Numbered from the stretch's first letter, positions 22,177-33,969 are shown. The stretch is DNA of 36,842 nt from Nemertoderma westbladi (GCA_032718475.1 JAUCBJ010008922.1:1-36842), one strand, 5' to 3'. Notes: generated from the sequence alone by a model not told the origin. Translations and numbers: made by a program.

Positions 22177-23812
22177 GCCACATTCGTTCTGGATCGGGAC
22201 GCCCTTGGTCCTGGGTTAAGGACCCATATACTTGGCTGCAGGCGGGTATATGACCTGGCCAAGCAGATGGTGATCTACCAATGGCTGGTCAGGAGTAGAG
22301 TGTTCTCATGTCCACTCTGAGTGCAACTTCATTTCGACCTACACCTGGCAACAGGGGTACAGGGCATTGCCCAGCAGATGAGCTGCACAGCCAATGGTGG
22401 GACATGTGCTTCTGAGTAAGTATGGGTGATGGGATCCTTATCTGACTCAACTGCGACACCCTCCTTGTGGAATGGCAAACCAGGGTGCGGTATTTGCCCC
22501 GAGAGATGACTCGGAAAAAAAAGCACCCCCAACCCCCACTATGGATTACATTAGTATTGTAATGTGGAGGTCCGGCCACTAGAGGCCAGTGGAATTACCG
22601 GACACAATTGACCCACAGGCGTCAATTATCTCCTGACTGGCTGCCTGTCTTACCCCCTACTGGAGAGAGAGCGGCCAACAATTCTGTTTCATGATGACCT
22701 TTCTGGCCCAAACCCTGGGTGACCAGGGAGGCCAGATTGCGAGGTGGAGAGGGATTCTGGAGTTGGAGGTTACTCTCACGTCCCACCCCGACCAACCAAC
22801 ACTTTGGTGAACCTGAGGCAAGTCACTAGACTGGCCTCAGTTAATGCCCTAACACTCGGGTCCCCAATGCGACAAAGGCGAGCTGACTGCCCTGGCAGAT
22901 AAACTTTCCCTTAGCGCAGTGGGTATTCAAGAGCACCGAGCGGATTTGACAGACTGATGAGGTTCTGATTAAGGACATGGTGGGTGGTTGGCGACTTGCC
23001 CTCGCCGTTGCCATTTATCATGTTTTGGAAGACTTGCTATGAAAGTTCCTAAAGTGGTTCTGATTGTGTGCTACTCTCCAACTAGTGTTGCCCCTGTAGA
23101 GGAGGTGGAAAATTTCTACCACAATCTACAAGCAGCTACTGATGGAGTGGATCAGCATGCATTCTTAACATTCCTGAGAGACTTTAATGCAAGTCTGCAT
23201 CAATCACCTACATCGCCCTGGGTCTATAGCAATAGTGTTAACCGAAATTCCGTCCATCTACAGGATTTAATCTCTGAAAATGGATTGTTTTCGGCTGGAA
23301 CCCAGTTCAAGAAGCGAACTGGAAAGCTATGGACTCATAGTGGACCCAGTGGTCACAAGTCCCAGATAGACCATATTTTGTTTCGTAGGAAATACAGGAG
23401 GAGCTCTGTACAAGACTGTAGTGCATTCACACTTCGACCCTTCTCCAGTGATCACCGCCTTATTGTGGCCAAGGTAAGACTTAGTCTGCGTGCTAGCAGA
23501 ACAACGAAATCTGCCTTGCCGCGGCATGACTGGTTCTCTCTGTTGCAAGAGCCAAGTGTGAGATGTGACACACTTGCACCATTTTTATTCGTAATTGTAG
23601 TTGATTATGTTCTACGCCTGTCCTTAGACCATCTTAATAAAGATGGGGTGATAGTAACACCCCCTACTACTGGCACAAGAAGTAGAGGGAATCCTCCAAG
23701 TACTTTACCTTACTGATCTAGACTTTGCTGATGACTTAGGGGTGCTGTCAGAATCACTAGAGGGAGCCCAAAGGCTCCTCTGCTCATCGGAGCAGGTTGC
23801 TTCTAGTGCTTC
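22177..23812 (+). mobile_element. RTE-like LINE (5' UTR, AP endonuclease, internally deleted and 3'-truncated RT) inserted in the 15-bp satellite
   Basis: APE motifs RLASVNALTL, VGIQEHR, CYSPT, DFNA, QIDHIL and SDHRL. These join abruptly to RT motifs DTLAPFLFVIVVDY and, after a frameshift, TDLDFADDL. Confidence 0.88.
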
Positions 23813-23925
23813 CAGTACTGTATGTTCCCGGACAGTATGTTCCCGGGCAGTATATTCACAAAAAGTATGTTCCCGGGCAGTATAATCACAGACAGTACTG
23901 TATGTTCCCGGGCAGTATATTCCCT
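23813..23925. repeat. Continuation of the 15-bp satellite after the LINE
   Basis: CAGTACTGTATGTTCCCGGACAGTATGTTCCCGGGCAG... Confidence 0.9.
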
Positions 23926-25199
23926 TTTAAACGTCGTGGCCGATATATTGAAGGTAAAATGTGCAAATATTTCTAAATTGTCATTAAAAAACTGTTAAAA
24001 GGGAAATTTTGTGGAAACTTAATAGGACTACTTTCAATCAATTTACTCAGATCTAGATGGGTTAACAGAAATAAATAATGATATTATTGTAACAATGTGA
24101 GTTAGGATAATAGGCTTATAAAGTTATTACACATGTTGTTTTATTATTGTAAGGTAATAAATTCTTAATTTTTCAGCACAGAAATTGAAGCCTACAGCAG
24201 ATGCCAAAACAAGTAACTTTCCAAAGCCCACATCCAAATTGTTCCTAAGGCCAGGGTCACTCAAATTTCAACAATCAACTTTCAAATAACTACGTCTGTT
24301 ACGGTAACGCAGTTGTGTAAATGCGCGCCGTACCATAAGCGTCAGTTTGCGCGTCTACACGGCCAGCGCGGTTCATACGAATGATGGTTCATACAGTTAT
24401 AAAAGGCTTGATTTTTCCGTAGACTATGATATGTATATTGTTCGTTAATAGACTTTAACTTTTAACTCCTTTATTTGCATAATTAATTTTTAAAACCAAA
24501 ATATCACATTATACACAACATTGAAAATGATGCTGGACGCCACCTAGATCGCAAGTGAGTAATGGAGGTGGTCGCACATTGGTGATATGAATGAATTCGA
24601 ATTGAAGTGATTGGTACCGGTGTGCTATACATACAGTATATCGCTACCCTCCCTGTACCCATGCCCCAATGCCGCCCTCTCCCAGTACCGATACAACTTA
24701 CCCGTACTGTAGCTCACTGCCGATCCCCCAGTATTACTAGTGTCAACTGTGATAAACAAAAGGCCTAACAATCTATTACGATAAATAGACAATTAAAGAA
24801 TAGGTAACGTGATAGTTTTGAAAGATGAAAATGATGTTCCTGACGCGCAAAAACTATTTCAGTTAATTTCTTTTAAAATATGTACGTGATTTTATTGATG
24901 TTAAAGATTCTGTGAGTTTGTCCACAGTTGGACTCCTTTATACGCTAAAGTTTCTTGACCAACCATCAAATTCTTCCTTGCAACAAAAAAGTTGTTCTTT
25001 TGGTTCCGATCGTGTACCATACCATAGTGTACTATATCGTACCATAGCTATGTATTTCACTTGAGCGTTTAAATAATAATGACAGACCCGTCGCATCGTA
25101 TTCATAAAATAATGAATGCATAACTGACACAACCTGTAAACTACTGTATATAAATGTTGGATCGGCAATATGTTCAATTTATTATAAATCGGAAAAGAA

Positions 25200-26174
25200 T
25201 GTTCGCGCTTTTAGACCTTTAACAGTTTAACCTGTTAATTTACGTGTCTTCTGTTGTCTGACAGCCCGTAAAAATAATGAACACAGCCGAAGTCAGTCTA
25301 GCGCGGCGTATGACCCACCGTGTGTGGGAGACTGAATTCTATGGCAGAGAGAGGGGTAGGCTACTTTGAATTATTCGATTGTTCTCTACTATATAATCTC
25401 CAAAAACTTTGTATATTTTCAGGGCAATACCAACAGTTCCTCTAGATGCTGCGCTTTAAATACCACGCAGAGTTATGACTTATACTAATTACAACGAATG
25501 GTCATGAGATAACGCAAATGTTTACATCCTTTAGAGATGTATTATTAATCGCTCGCACTCACGTCACTGACAATAATGCTTAAATACGCCCCATTGCTGA
25601 CTGTCACCAATTTTACTCATATATAAGGAGAAATTTAGCTCACGTACGTTGGGGGTTATGAAATAGCATGTATTCATACAGTCCACTGTAATTTGAGCCA
25701 ATCAATTGTTACTATTGTTCCCCTCTGCTTACCTCAATAATCAAGAAAGTCAAGGGAATTATCGATTATTCATAAGTATTCTCCAAATATAAGCATCAAT
25801 TAAATAGGTTACAAACTACAGTAAATAACAGTATAAAACAGTATAAGGGATGCAGCACCGGCAGTGTCAGAATGTCAGGATGTTTGAGAGTCAGGATGTG
25901 TTGCTAATGAGAGTGTCAAGAGTTAATTGATTTGCGTTCTATGATTCTCTCTGGCCGCTGATGTTCTGGGCGAAGTCAGAAAGTCAGAATGAAGGATTTT
26001 GTCGCATTGCGACATTTACATATGTAAACAAAGGCCGGTAAACTGAAAATCGCGCTGATTGGACGAAATATAACATAGGCCCTACGGATAAAGAAACAGC
26101 TGGCTAATTTCGTAATTGTAGCAAAACAGACGCTAGAGGGCATAAGTCTATACATTCTTGTCGAGGCTTTTACT
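25200..26174 (-). repeat. Diverged solo-LTR-like copy related to 14688-15780
   Basis: Starts TGTTCGCGCTTT and shares colinear blocks (CGTATGACCCAC, CTACTATATAATCTC, CAGAGTTATGACTTATACTAAT, CATATATAAGGAG, GTATTCTCCAAATATAA). Ends near GCTTTTAC. No TSD seen. Confidence 0.75.
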
Positions 26175-26432
26175 GATGGGCTGACAATAAACTAATAATT
26201 GTCCCCTAGCTTAACTCAATGCATTAAAGTATAGGTTATGTATACATTTATTATAGGTAGGGATCTAGGGGTCTTAACCTCGAATGATAAGTTTATTTTA
26301 CCGAAAATAACTTATCTTTTATTGGCGCAATTGTAGGACTAATCCCATCACATGCGTACTTTTTAACAGGGTATTGTACAAATATAGGAATCGCGTAATT
26401 TTTCTTGAAATTAATATCTCATATCTATCCAA

Positions 26433-26483
26433 ACCACGTACGCGTTTCGACCTTACTGGCCTACTGGGTCTCATCAGCGTGGT
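26433..26483 (-). ncRNA. Minimal type I hammerhead ribozyme (Penelope/retrozyme type)
   Basis: Minus strand reads ACCACG-CTGATGA-GACC-(14 nt)-GGTC-GAAA-CGCG-TA-CGTGGT. This gives a perfect 6-bp stem I, a 4-bp stem II, the full catalytic core, a palindromic ACGCGT stem III and a GUA cleavage triplet. Confidence 0.88.
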
Positions 26484-26546
26484 GTCGGATTCTAACCTGG
26501 GACCTCGAGGTAGAAGCCGAGACTACAACCACTAGGCCACAGGGTC
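26481..26546 (-). promoter_or_regulatory. tRNA-derived (SINE-like) head with Pol III A and B boxes
   Basis: A box TGGCCTAGTGG (26539-26529) and B-box-like GGTTAGAATCC (26497-26487) at tRNA-like spacing; no intact cloverleaf. Confidence 0.7.
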
Positions 26547-27277
26547 TTGAGATATGGAGTATTAATTTCAAAGCCAGCTGCCATTTTATTAGCCCCCGAT
26601 TTGTATTATTGATAGTAACAATTTGTTGGCAAGCTGTATTTTTCGAGGTGTTTGTTATTATACATTTATTATAGGAAGGGATCTAGGGGTCTTTTCCTCG
26701 AATGATAAGTTTATTTTACAGAAAATAACTTATCTTTTATTGGCGCAATTGTAGGACTAATCCCAGCACATGCGTACTTTTTAACCGGGTAGTACCTGGT
26801 GTACCTGGCGCGTCCTACACCGGTATTAAAATATTTGATATGAAAATTGCCCCTATATCTGCTAATCCCTATATCCAAATCTAACTACTGTATCAAAGAC
26901 GTAAAAACGAGATAAAATTAAATCGCAATATTTAAAACAAATGCTCTGTCTCCACAAATTAGCCTCCTCTATTCTAGCAGCAAAATTGACCAATCAGCGA
27001 ACATTTGTCGAACACAAGTAGGCTTCTTTTCCAGTTCACCCGGAAATGTGTATTTGGCCTAATTAGCAGAGGCTTCGTCAAAGATTGATTTGCCACAACT
27101 TCAGTAGTTATTTAATTCACAAATTCACACTTCGCCTCGCCTCCCTCTGTATAGTACCGGTTCCCGCCGCCACCATGTGATATGTCTGATAATTCCAGTA
27201 CTCTTATAATACGGGAAACTAAAGAAATAAATTGTGCTAAATTATATTATACGGATACAGTAGCAGATGTATAACAG

Positions 27278-27504
27278 GGGTAGGTGTAAAACGCGGATCC
27301 GGATCCGGATTCCAAAATTAAGAATTAATGGAAAGGAGCAGGTTACAGTGGCACGTTATTTTAACCAAAACAATAAACTAAAGTCAATAGAACAGGTTAT
27401 AGTTTTATTTTTGTGAATTATAAAAATGTAAAAAAAATATCGACTTCCGTAGGGACAATGTTAAATGTAGAATCCGGATCCGGATCCGCGTTTTACTCTG
27501 ACCC
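27278..27504. mobile_element. Mutator (MULE)-type MITE, 227 bp
   Basis: TIRs GGGTAGGTGTAAAACGCGGATCCGGATCCGGATTC / GAATCCGGATCCGGATCCGCGTTTTACTCTGACCC with a perfect 9-bp TSD GTATAACAG (27269-27277, 27505-27513). Confidence 0.88.
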
Positions 27505-27897
27505 GTATAACAGTACAGTATATGAAACCAAGGTCCTAGAATGTCTGCAGTTTTAGAGGAAAATAAGTCAGCTGTTATATTCCCCATCATCGTATTTGAA
27601 GTTGGGGAAAATTTCGTAAAAGAAAATTAATTGCTTTTGTTTCACTAACATCCACATATTTGTAGGAAAAATTGATTATTTTTAAATAAAACTAATTTTA
27701 GTTTATGGTTTATAAATATGTACGTTATGGAACTGTTGGTCACTGAACTGTGTGTGTGTGTACCCGTGACAACTATTTCACATTAATTTGTACTAGTACT
27801 AGTAGCTACTGTATAGAGCGAACTTTAAATTTGTATTGTAATGATAAGCGTAACATAAATATTGTACAGTAGTGAAACAGTATTGTACAGTGTAAAC

Positions 27898-28865
27898 GAT
27901 GTGCCGACAGTGTCGGCGTTACGTTGTGCCGAGAGTGTCGGCGTTACGTTGTGCCGACAGTGTCGGCGTTACGTTGTGCCGACAGTGTGCAGATAATGTG
28001 CTGAGTGTCGGTACATTATGCCAACAGCGTCGGCGTTACGTTGTTCCGACAGTGTCGGCGTTACGTTGTGCCGACAGTGTCGGCGTTACGTTGTGCTGAC
28101 AGTGTCGACGTTACGTTGTGCCGACAGTGTTGGCGTTACGTTGTGCTGACAGTGTCGACGTTACGTTGTGCCGACAGTGTCGGCGTTACGTTGTGCCGAC
28201 AGTGTGCAGATAATGTGCTGAGTGTCGGTACATTATGCCAACAGCGTCGGCGTTACGTTGTTCCGACAGTGTCGGCGTTACGATGTGCCGACAGTGTCGA
28301 CGTTACGTTGTGCTGACAGTGTCGACGTTACGTTGTGCCGACAGTGTTGGCGTTACATTATGCCAACAGTGTCAGCGTTACGTTGTGCCGACAGTGTCGA
28401 CGTTACGTTGTGCCGATAGTGTCGACGTTACGTTGTGCCGACAGTGTCGGCGTTACGTTGTGCCGACAGTGTGCAGATAATGTGCTGAGTGTCGGTACAT
28501 TATGCCAACAGCGTCGGCGTTACGTTGTTCCGACAGTGTCGGCGTTACGTTGTGCCGACAGTGTCGGCGTTACGTTGTGCCGACAGTGTCGACGTTACGT
28601 TGTGCCGACAGTGTTGGCGTTACATTATGCCAACAGTGTCAGCGTTACGTTGTGCCGACAGTGTCGACGTTACGTTGTGCCGACAGTGTCGGCGTTACGT
28701 TGTGTCGATAGTGTCGACGTTACGTTGTGCCGACAGTGTCGGCGTTACGTTGTGCCGACTGTGTCGGCGTTACGTTGTGCCGACAGTGTCGGCGTTACGT
28801 TTGTGCCGACAGTGGCGGCGTTATGTTGTATCGACAGTGTTGGCGTTGTGTTGTGCCGACAGTGT
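27898..28865. repeat. 25-bp palindromic satellite (TGTGCCGACAGTGTCGGCGTTACGT) with higher-order repeats
   Basis: Tandem array in which each unit holds GCCGACA-G-TGTCGGC. A variant block GTGTGCAGATAATGTGCTGAG recurs at ~27985, 28202 and 28469. Confidence 0.97.
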
Positions 28866-29254
28866 ACTGGTACTAGTGCTGCGGACAAACATAGTAATCG
28901 GACAAACATAATAGGTCTACAAACATGTTGCAGAATAAAGTTTATTTCATAATAAAAATTTATATTTTTAATTTATAATTTATTATTTAAAAATTTATTT
29001 CTTGTTGAGATGGCCTCCCTGTTTTAATTGAATTTCACTATAATGCTAAACATACATTGTAGTTTGGGGGCAATGGTTAACTAGTGTTGTTGTACTGCAT
29101 CAGGCGTAAACTGGGGGGGATTTCCATTCAAGTTCTCCGAGCAGTTCTTGGCACACACAACATACTGTACAGTCAAAAATTCATAGAGGAATAGCTAAAT
29201 GTAGGCCTACTGTACTTACCCTACCCTACTGTACCTACCCTACTGTTCACTGAT

Positions 29255-29720
29255 ACAACCTTACATTAATTACGGTAAAGTGATCTGGGGTAACGCTCAA
29301 TCTACTGTACACATACGAAACCTACAGTATTAAAATTAAAATAAATAAACTAGTCAGAGCTAGTTCCTTCAGTCACTGCCGGGAACACGCGTCGCCACTC
29401 TCACTTTACAAACAATTACTGTAGATACTCAGCCGATTGAACAACTGCATTTTCTTAAAACAGCTGAACTAATGTGGGAAATCCACAATAACAAAAAACA
29501 TCGTTTCAACATTGTTTCAACAAACATCTACTGTAGATACTTACAACGATCAACGACAAGCAAAAACTACTACCTATGTACCACGGACTCGACTACTACA
29601 AGGACATAAATCATTTAAATATAACGGTGTCATTGTCTGGAACACGCTAGATGTAGATATGAAACAAAGTAAATCGAAAAAAACCACTAGGAAGAAAATT
29701 AAAAAATAAACTAATAAATG
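29255..29720 (+). mobile_element. Degraded CR1/L2-group LINE 3' fragment
   Basis: YGKVIWGNA, FLKTAELMWEIHNN and YVPRTRLLQGHKSFKYNGVIVWNTL, across frameshifts. Confidence 0.7.
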
Positions 29721-31515
29721 AGCTACAGTAAAATAAAAAAAAATACAAAATATTGCGATTTTATCCAGTTTCATAACATAAAAATATAAATAAATATAAT
29801 GAATAAAAAGTAAAATAAATATACAGTACTTTGTGGGATAAAAAAAAGGGAAATTACCTGAGCTGTTGCTGGTTGGTTAGGCTAGGCTAGTACAACGACC
29901 ACCACCACCCCACCCATAATGCAATTATTATTATAATTAATGTGTACGACCAACTCGGTATAAATACAGTAAATCTCAATCTCTACTTTGTTAACAACAT
30001 TTACCTTAACAAATTAAAATCACTCACTTGAGAAAAGATGAAACCACTGCCAGACTGCCACACTGCATAATATAAACTTTATTGTGTCATTGTTAATTGT
30101 GTTGAAATGTGATAGCAAGGGTGCAGGGTGATTGATGTAACGATAGTTACCAAAGTAATCAAACACACAACAAGTCAAGGCAGACTTCGCTATCCTTCAT
30201 TCAGTCATTGCAGCATTGCATTGCAGCATTACTGCATTACGTATTACTGCATTACAGCATTATTGTCTCTATGACCGAAGACTGTACAGCAGCTGTAAGA
30301 CTGTAAGACAGTAAGACCAGTCCAAGTCCAGCAATCTGCCAGTCTGTTGTCTGCTCTGCCTGTCGCTTTTCACCTTTTTCGTAGGCCTATTCAATTCAGG
30401 TTTCAGGTACCGGTATTCAGGTATTCATACTACGGTAACAATTAGACCACAGCGGTAGGTGCTGTGCCGGTGCTAGTGTAGAGGAACTACAGAACTACCG
30501 GTACTCCCGACTGCAATACATACACCTTTAGGTGAATATATCTGGCGCAAAGTAAGAGTCCTTACTTAAATTTTGCTGGCTTCGCTCGCGTTTCATTTAC
30601 ATTTTGTATTGTTAAAATCGCTCTCTAATCATAAATTGACTTTGTGTGTTTCCTGGTTTCATAAAAGACAAAATATCAACACATCAATATTACGACATTA
30701 TACTGTAGTCCTGTAGTCAGTAGAATTCAAGTCAATAATACAGAGGGCCTACATACAGCTGTACAGTATGCAGTATATAGTATATTGAATTGTTAATTAT
30801 TGAAATGGTAACATAAAATGGTGACCAATGAAATGATATAATTCTGGAGAAACACCGATAATAATTTATACGAATACTGGAATACTGTATTTTCTAGTAC
30901 CGGTAGGTTGGTATTGGCGCGATTTCGGACCCGCCACTGGCACGGTTTAATGGCACTATCTGGCCGCCAGATAGTGCCAGACTTGCTCAGATTCTGGCGC
31001 AAGTTTTGGAAGTATTGCAGTCAGGCCGGTAGGCTACTTAGTAACTGAACTACCGCCGTTACCGCAATGCCGTACCGTTCTGAACTACCAGTCTGCCGCG
31101 CCGGTAGGCTAGGGCTAGGCTGCTAGGACAGTGGACAGTAGGAGGCCAGTAGGCTGGCTGTCAACTGTAGGGGTGTAGGCCCTAGTATGACCTATGCCCA
31201 GATGTCTGTATGTAGTAGGCCTATGTAGTAAAAGATGCCACTACAGCACTATGCACTCTGCAGCTCTGTCAGTCTGTCTGCAACATCATAACTGCATAGG
31301 CCTACGGAAGGCCTACTGGTCTAGGCCTAACTCTGTGACTCTGAATTAGACAGAGTCTGATTAGACTCTGAATTAATTGAAAGTAGAGTACCGGTACAAC
31401 AGTCGGTTCTGCAGTAAAAGTAGGCCTACCACAGTCTGCAGTTCCGTAGGCTTTACCTTGCGACCCTTTCCTTTACAGCTTTATATTTATTATAAATCGT
31501 CATCATTCAGTCATT

Positions 31516-31650
31516 ATGGAACCTGCAGAGGCCATTTTGCTGGCGGACAACCTGATTACCCTGAGTGCTGTGGTATTTGTTTCGTTGTTGCTACTTCGAG
31601 GCGTTAAAGATATAGTGGGATATGTAAACAATAGGAAGAGCGATGATTAA
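31516..31650 (+). CDS. Candidate 44-aa single-pass membrane microprotein
   Basis: MEPAEAILLADNLITLSAVVFVSLLLLRGVKDIVGYVNNRKSDD*. Upstream is an acceptor-like CTTTCCTTTACAG (AG at 31477-31478) and downstream an AATAAA at 31668-31673. Confidence 0.3.
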   Translation: MEPAEAILLADNLITLSAVVFVSLLLLRGVKDIVGYVNNRKSDD

Positions 31651-33137
31651 CGGGTCGTCGTTCTGTAAATAAATACTGAAATAGGCCTACCGTAGAATGC
31701 CTCAAAAAGTATTGCTGTATTGTCTGCACAACAAACGACAATCTTCTGATCTTACCTATCCAGCTAATCGGTAGAATTACCGATTTGATTTAGCTATAGG
31801 CATTCAAATACTAAAATACTTGACAAAGCGTGCGGGGATTTACTGGTAACTGTTACAGAATAAAATAAAGATTGAAAGGAAGCGTTCTTGAGCAATGCCT
31901 CCTGTCTTTGGTAAGTTGGAATTTTGGTTGAATGTGGAAGAATTTCAGTATTTGACAGATTTATTGCATTGTTGAATGTTTCTCGATGCGCCTGCGTTGT
32001 TATGTCGTCAACTGAACATGAGTTGTGTTATTCGTTCCCATTTACCGGTATCGCTACCTGTCCAGCTTGTAGGCCGCGGTTGTGTCATCTATGCTTCCCT
32101 TGCAGTTCCGGGTCGGTTTTTAGGACCGGCTAATATAATATTAGGGCCTATATATTATAAGAATAACAAGTAGGTCTAACAATAATAAAAAATAATAATA
32201 AGTTGTGTAGATAGTATTTTTAGACAACAATTTTTAATTAACTTTCTGCTTTCCAACTGGAAGGCATTACAATAAGTAAATATTTAATTATTTTATTTAT
32301 TATTTCCCTACATCCATTATTTCGCTACAATAATGCTGTAATGTTGCTAAATAATGCAGTACCGGCTACTGTAATTTATTGTAAGTTAAGTAAATGGTGT
32401 ATGCTTGCAATGGTTGCGTACATTAAATGGTATATCGTATTACTATTACACTGACTCAACTCCCACCGTAATCGTACTGTATTTTTTGTAATTGTTTATT
32501 GCTTTACCCGCTAATGTTTATAATATATATAAATTATGCATTGTTTTACGTAGCCTATACATATATAATATATATCGTACGTATAGCCTTTATACATTAT
32601 ATATATATGTTATGTGTATATTATATTATATATAATGCTGTATGTGTTTTCGCATATATTATTTACAAACGATACAGTTTCCTATATTTGGGTATACTCG
32701 TATATATGCAAAATATGCATGCGGTATATACTGTTTATGCAATATGCATTTGGACCAGGTTTGCGGTACTATATTAGTGCTTATAATTGGTAAATTTCTC
32801 CTTAATTTCTTCTTAGTTTAATTTCATTTTTAATAATAATATTCTACTTAAATCTTGGAAGTTCTTACATCAACGATTGACATGTTATAAAATGTTCTAG
32901 AAGTCCTTGATATCATTCATTTTAATACGACATAATCACCTTTTAATTAATATTTTTTGCGATTTATTAATATTTTATATGATATATTTAGGGCCAAAAT
33001 TATAATGTTTTTTTTAGAAAGCTCCGGTATATATGTAATTAGTGAAAATTAAATATTGTTTATTTGGAACGTATCTTAATCAATATAAATCATTTCAAAT
33101 CTTGCTTTAAACTAATCCTGTAGAAATAGCATTTGCA

Positions 33138-33969
33138 CCCCCCCCCCCCCCCCCCCCCTAATTTTTCTACAAATCGTAATGAGATTGCATGAAATTTGAA
33201 ACAGAGATAGTTTCACCTCCCGACCACTGACAGGGTGAGCCAGAATTTTTATTTTTGCTTTCAATCTTTAGCTACAAGCGTTTAAAAAGTGTTTCCAGCG
33301 ATATTACACCAGTTACACCGCAGTTATTCTTCTACCTTATAGCTGTTTGTTGGTACCAATGGTAAAGCTGGTCCTGCAAGGATTCCAAATATGTAACACA
33401 ATTTGAATTTCGTCGTAAAATAGCAGAGATATGAGCGTTCAAATGTTGCATGGTTTTGCACCGGCGTGAGGCTATTTTATTCTATTTAATAAATGCATCA
33501 TAATCTGGATTATTTTGTTTATCCAAATACGTAGCTGGGCAACAATGCATTACATCTTTAATCCTACTATTACGTAGCTATTCACACATTTAAAAAATGT
33601 TCCAGAATATGGTTTATTTATTAATAGAATAAAATAGCCTCGCCTCGTTGCAAAACCATGCAACATTTGAACGCTCTTATCTCAGCTATTTTCCAACGAA
33701 ATTCGAATTGTGTTACATATTTAGAATCCTTGCAGGGCCAGCTTTCCATTGGTACCAACAAACAGCTATAAGGTTGAAGAATAACTGCGGTGTAACTGGT
33801 GTAATATCGCTGGAGACACTTTTTTTAAACGCTTGTAGCTAAAGATTGAAAGCAAAAATAAAAATTCTTGCTCACACAGTCAGTGGTCGGGAGGTGGAAC
33901 TATCTCTGTTTCAAATTTCATGCAATCTCATTACGATTTGTAGAAAAATTAGGGGGGGGGGGGGGGGGG
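33138..33969. repeat. Long foldback: ~355-bp inverted arms (33138-33494 / 33616-33969) capped by poly-C and poly-G, likely non-autonomous DNA transposon sequence
   Basis: CCCCTAATTTTTCTACAAATCGTAATGAGATTGCATG... is the reverse complement of ...CATGCAATCTCATTACGATTTGTAGAAAAATTAGGGG, with high identity along the arms. Confidence 0.92.

Larger units (their letters stand above)
26241..26791. repeat. ~133-bp direct repeats (26241-26373 and 26659-26791; period 418 bp) flanking the tRNA-like/hammerhead unit
   Basis: TATACATTTATTATAGG.AGGGATCTAGGGGTCTT...CATGCGTACTTTTTAAC.GGGTA occurs twice with few mismatches. Confidence 0.92.

Noticed and set aside
20200-22320. Long ORFs (DSMFP)n, (GTYCP)n, (GQYVP)n
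   Set aside because: By-products of a 15-bp tandem repeat that is open in several frames on both strands.
22954-23735. Other CTGATGA hammerhead-core matches (about 22954 and 23729 on +, 502 and 11629 on -)
   Set aside because: I found no stem II plus GAAA arrangement, and they lie inside coding remnants.
16935-23812. The two RTE-like pieces as one rearranged element that captured the MFS gene
   Set aside because: The order is reversed (3' part upstream of 5' part), with no overlap or TSD; independent insertions are simpler.
26481-26546. Functional tRNA gene
   Set aside because: A and B boxes are present, but the acceptor and anticodon stems do not pair; treated as a SINE-like head.
27898-28865. 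CRISPR-like array of palindromic repeats
   Set aside because: The linkers are near-constant rather than unique spacers, there are no cas genes and the context is eukaryotic; it is a satellite.
27899-28952. Cys-rich ORFs (VTLCRQCRRY)n resembling zinc fingers
   Set aside because: Translations of the 25-bp satellite in all frames.
31870-32133. Possible RING-finger remnant (…CGRI…TCPACR)
   Set aside because: The Cys spacing cannot be completed in one frame; too weak to call without a profile search.
32499-32777. 92-aa hydrophobic Tyr/Ile-rich ORF
   Set aside because: Low-complexity TA-rich sequence.
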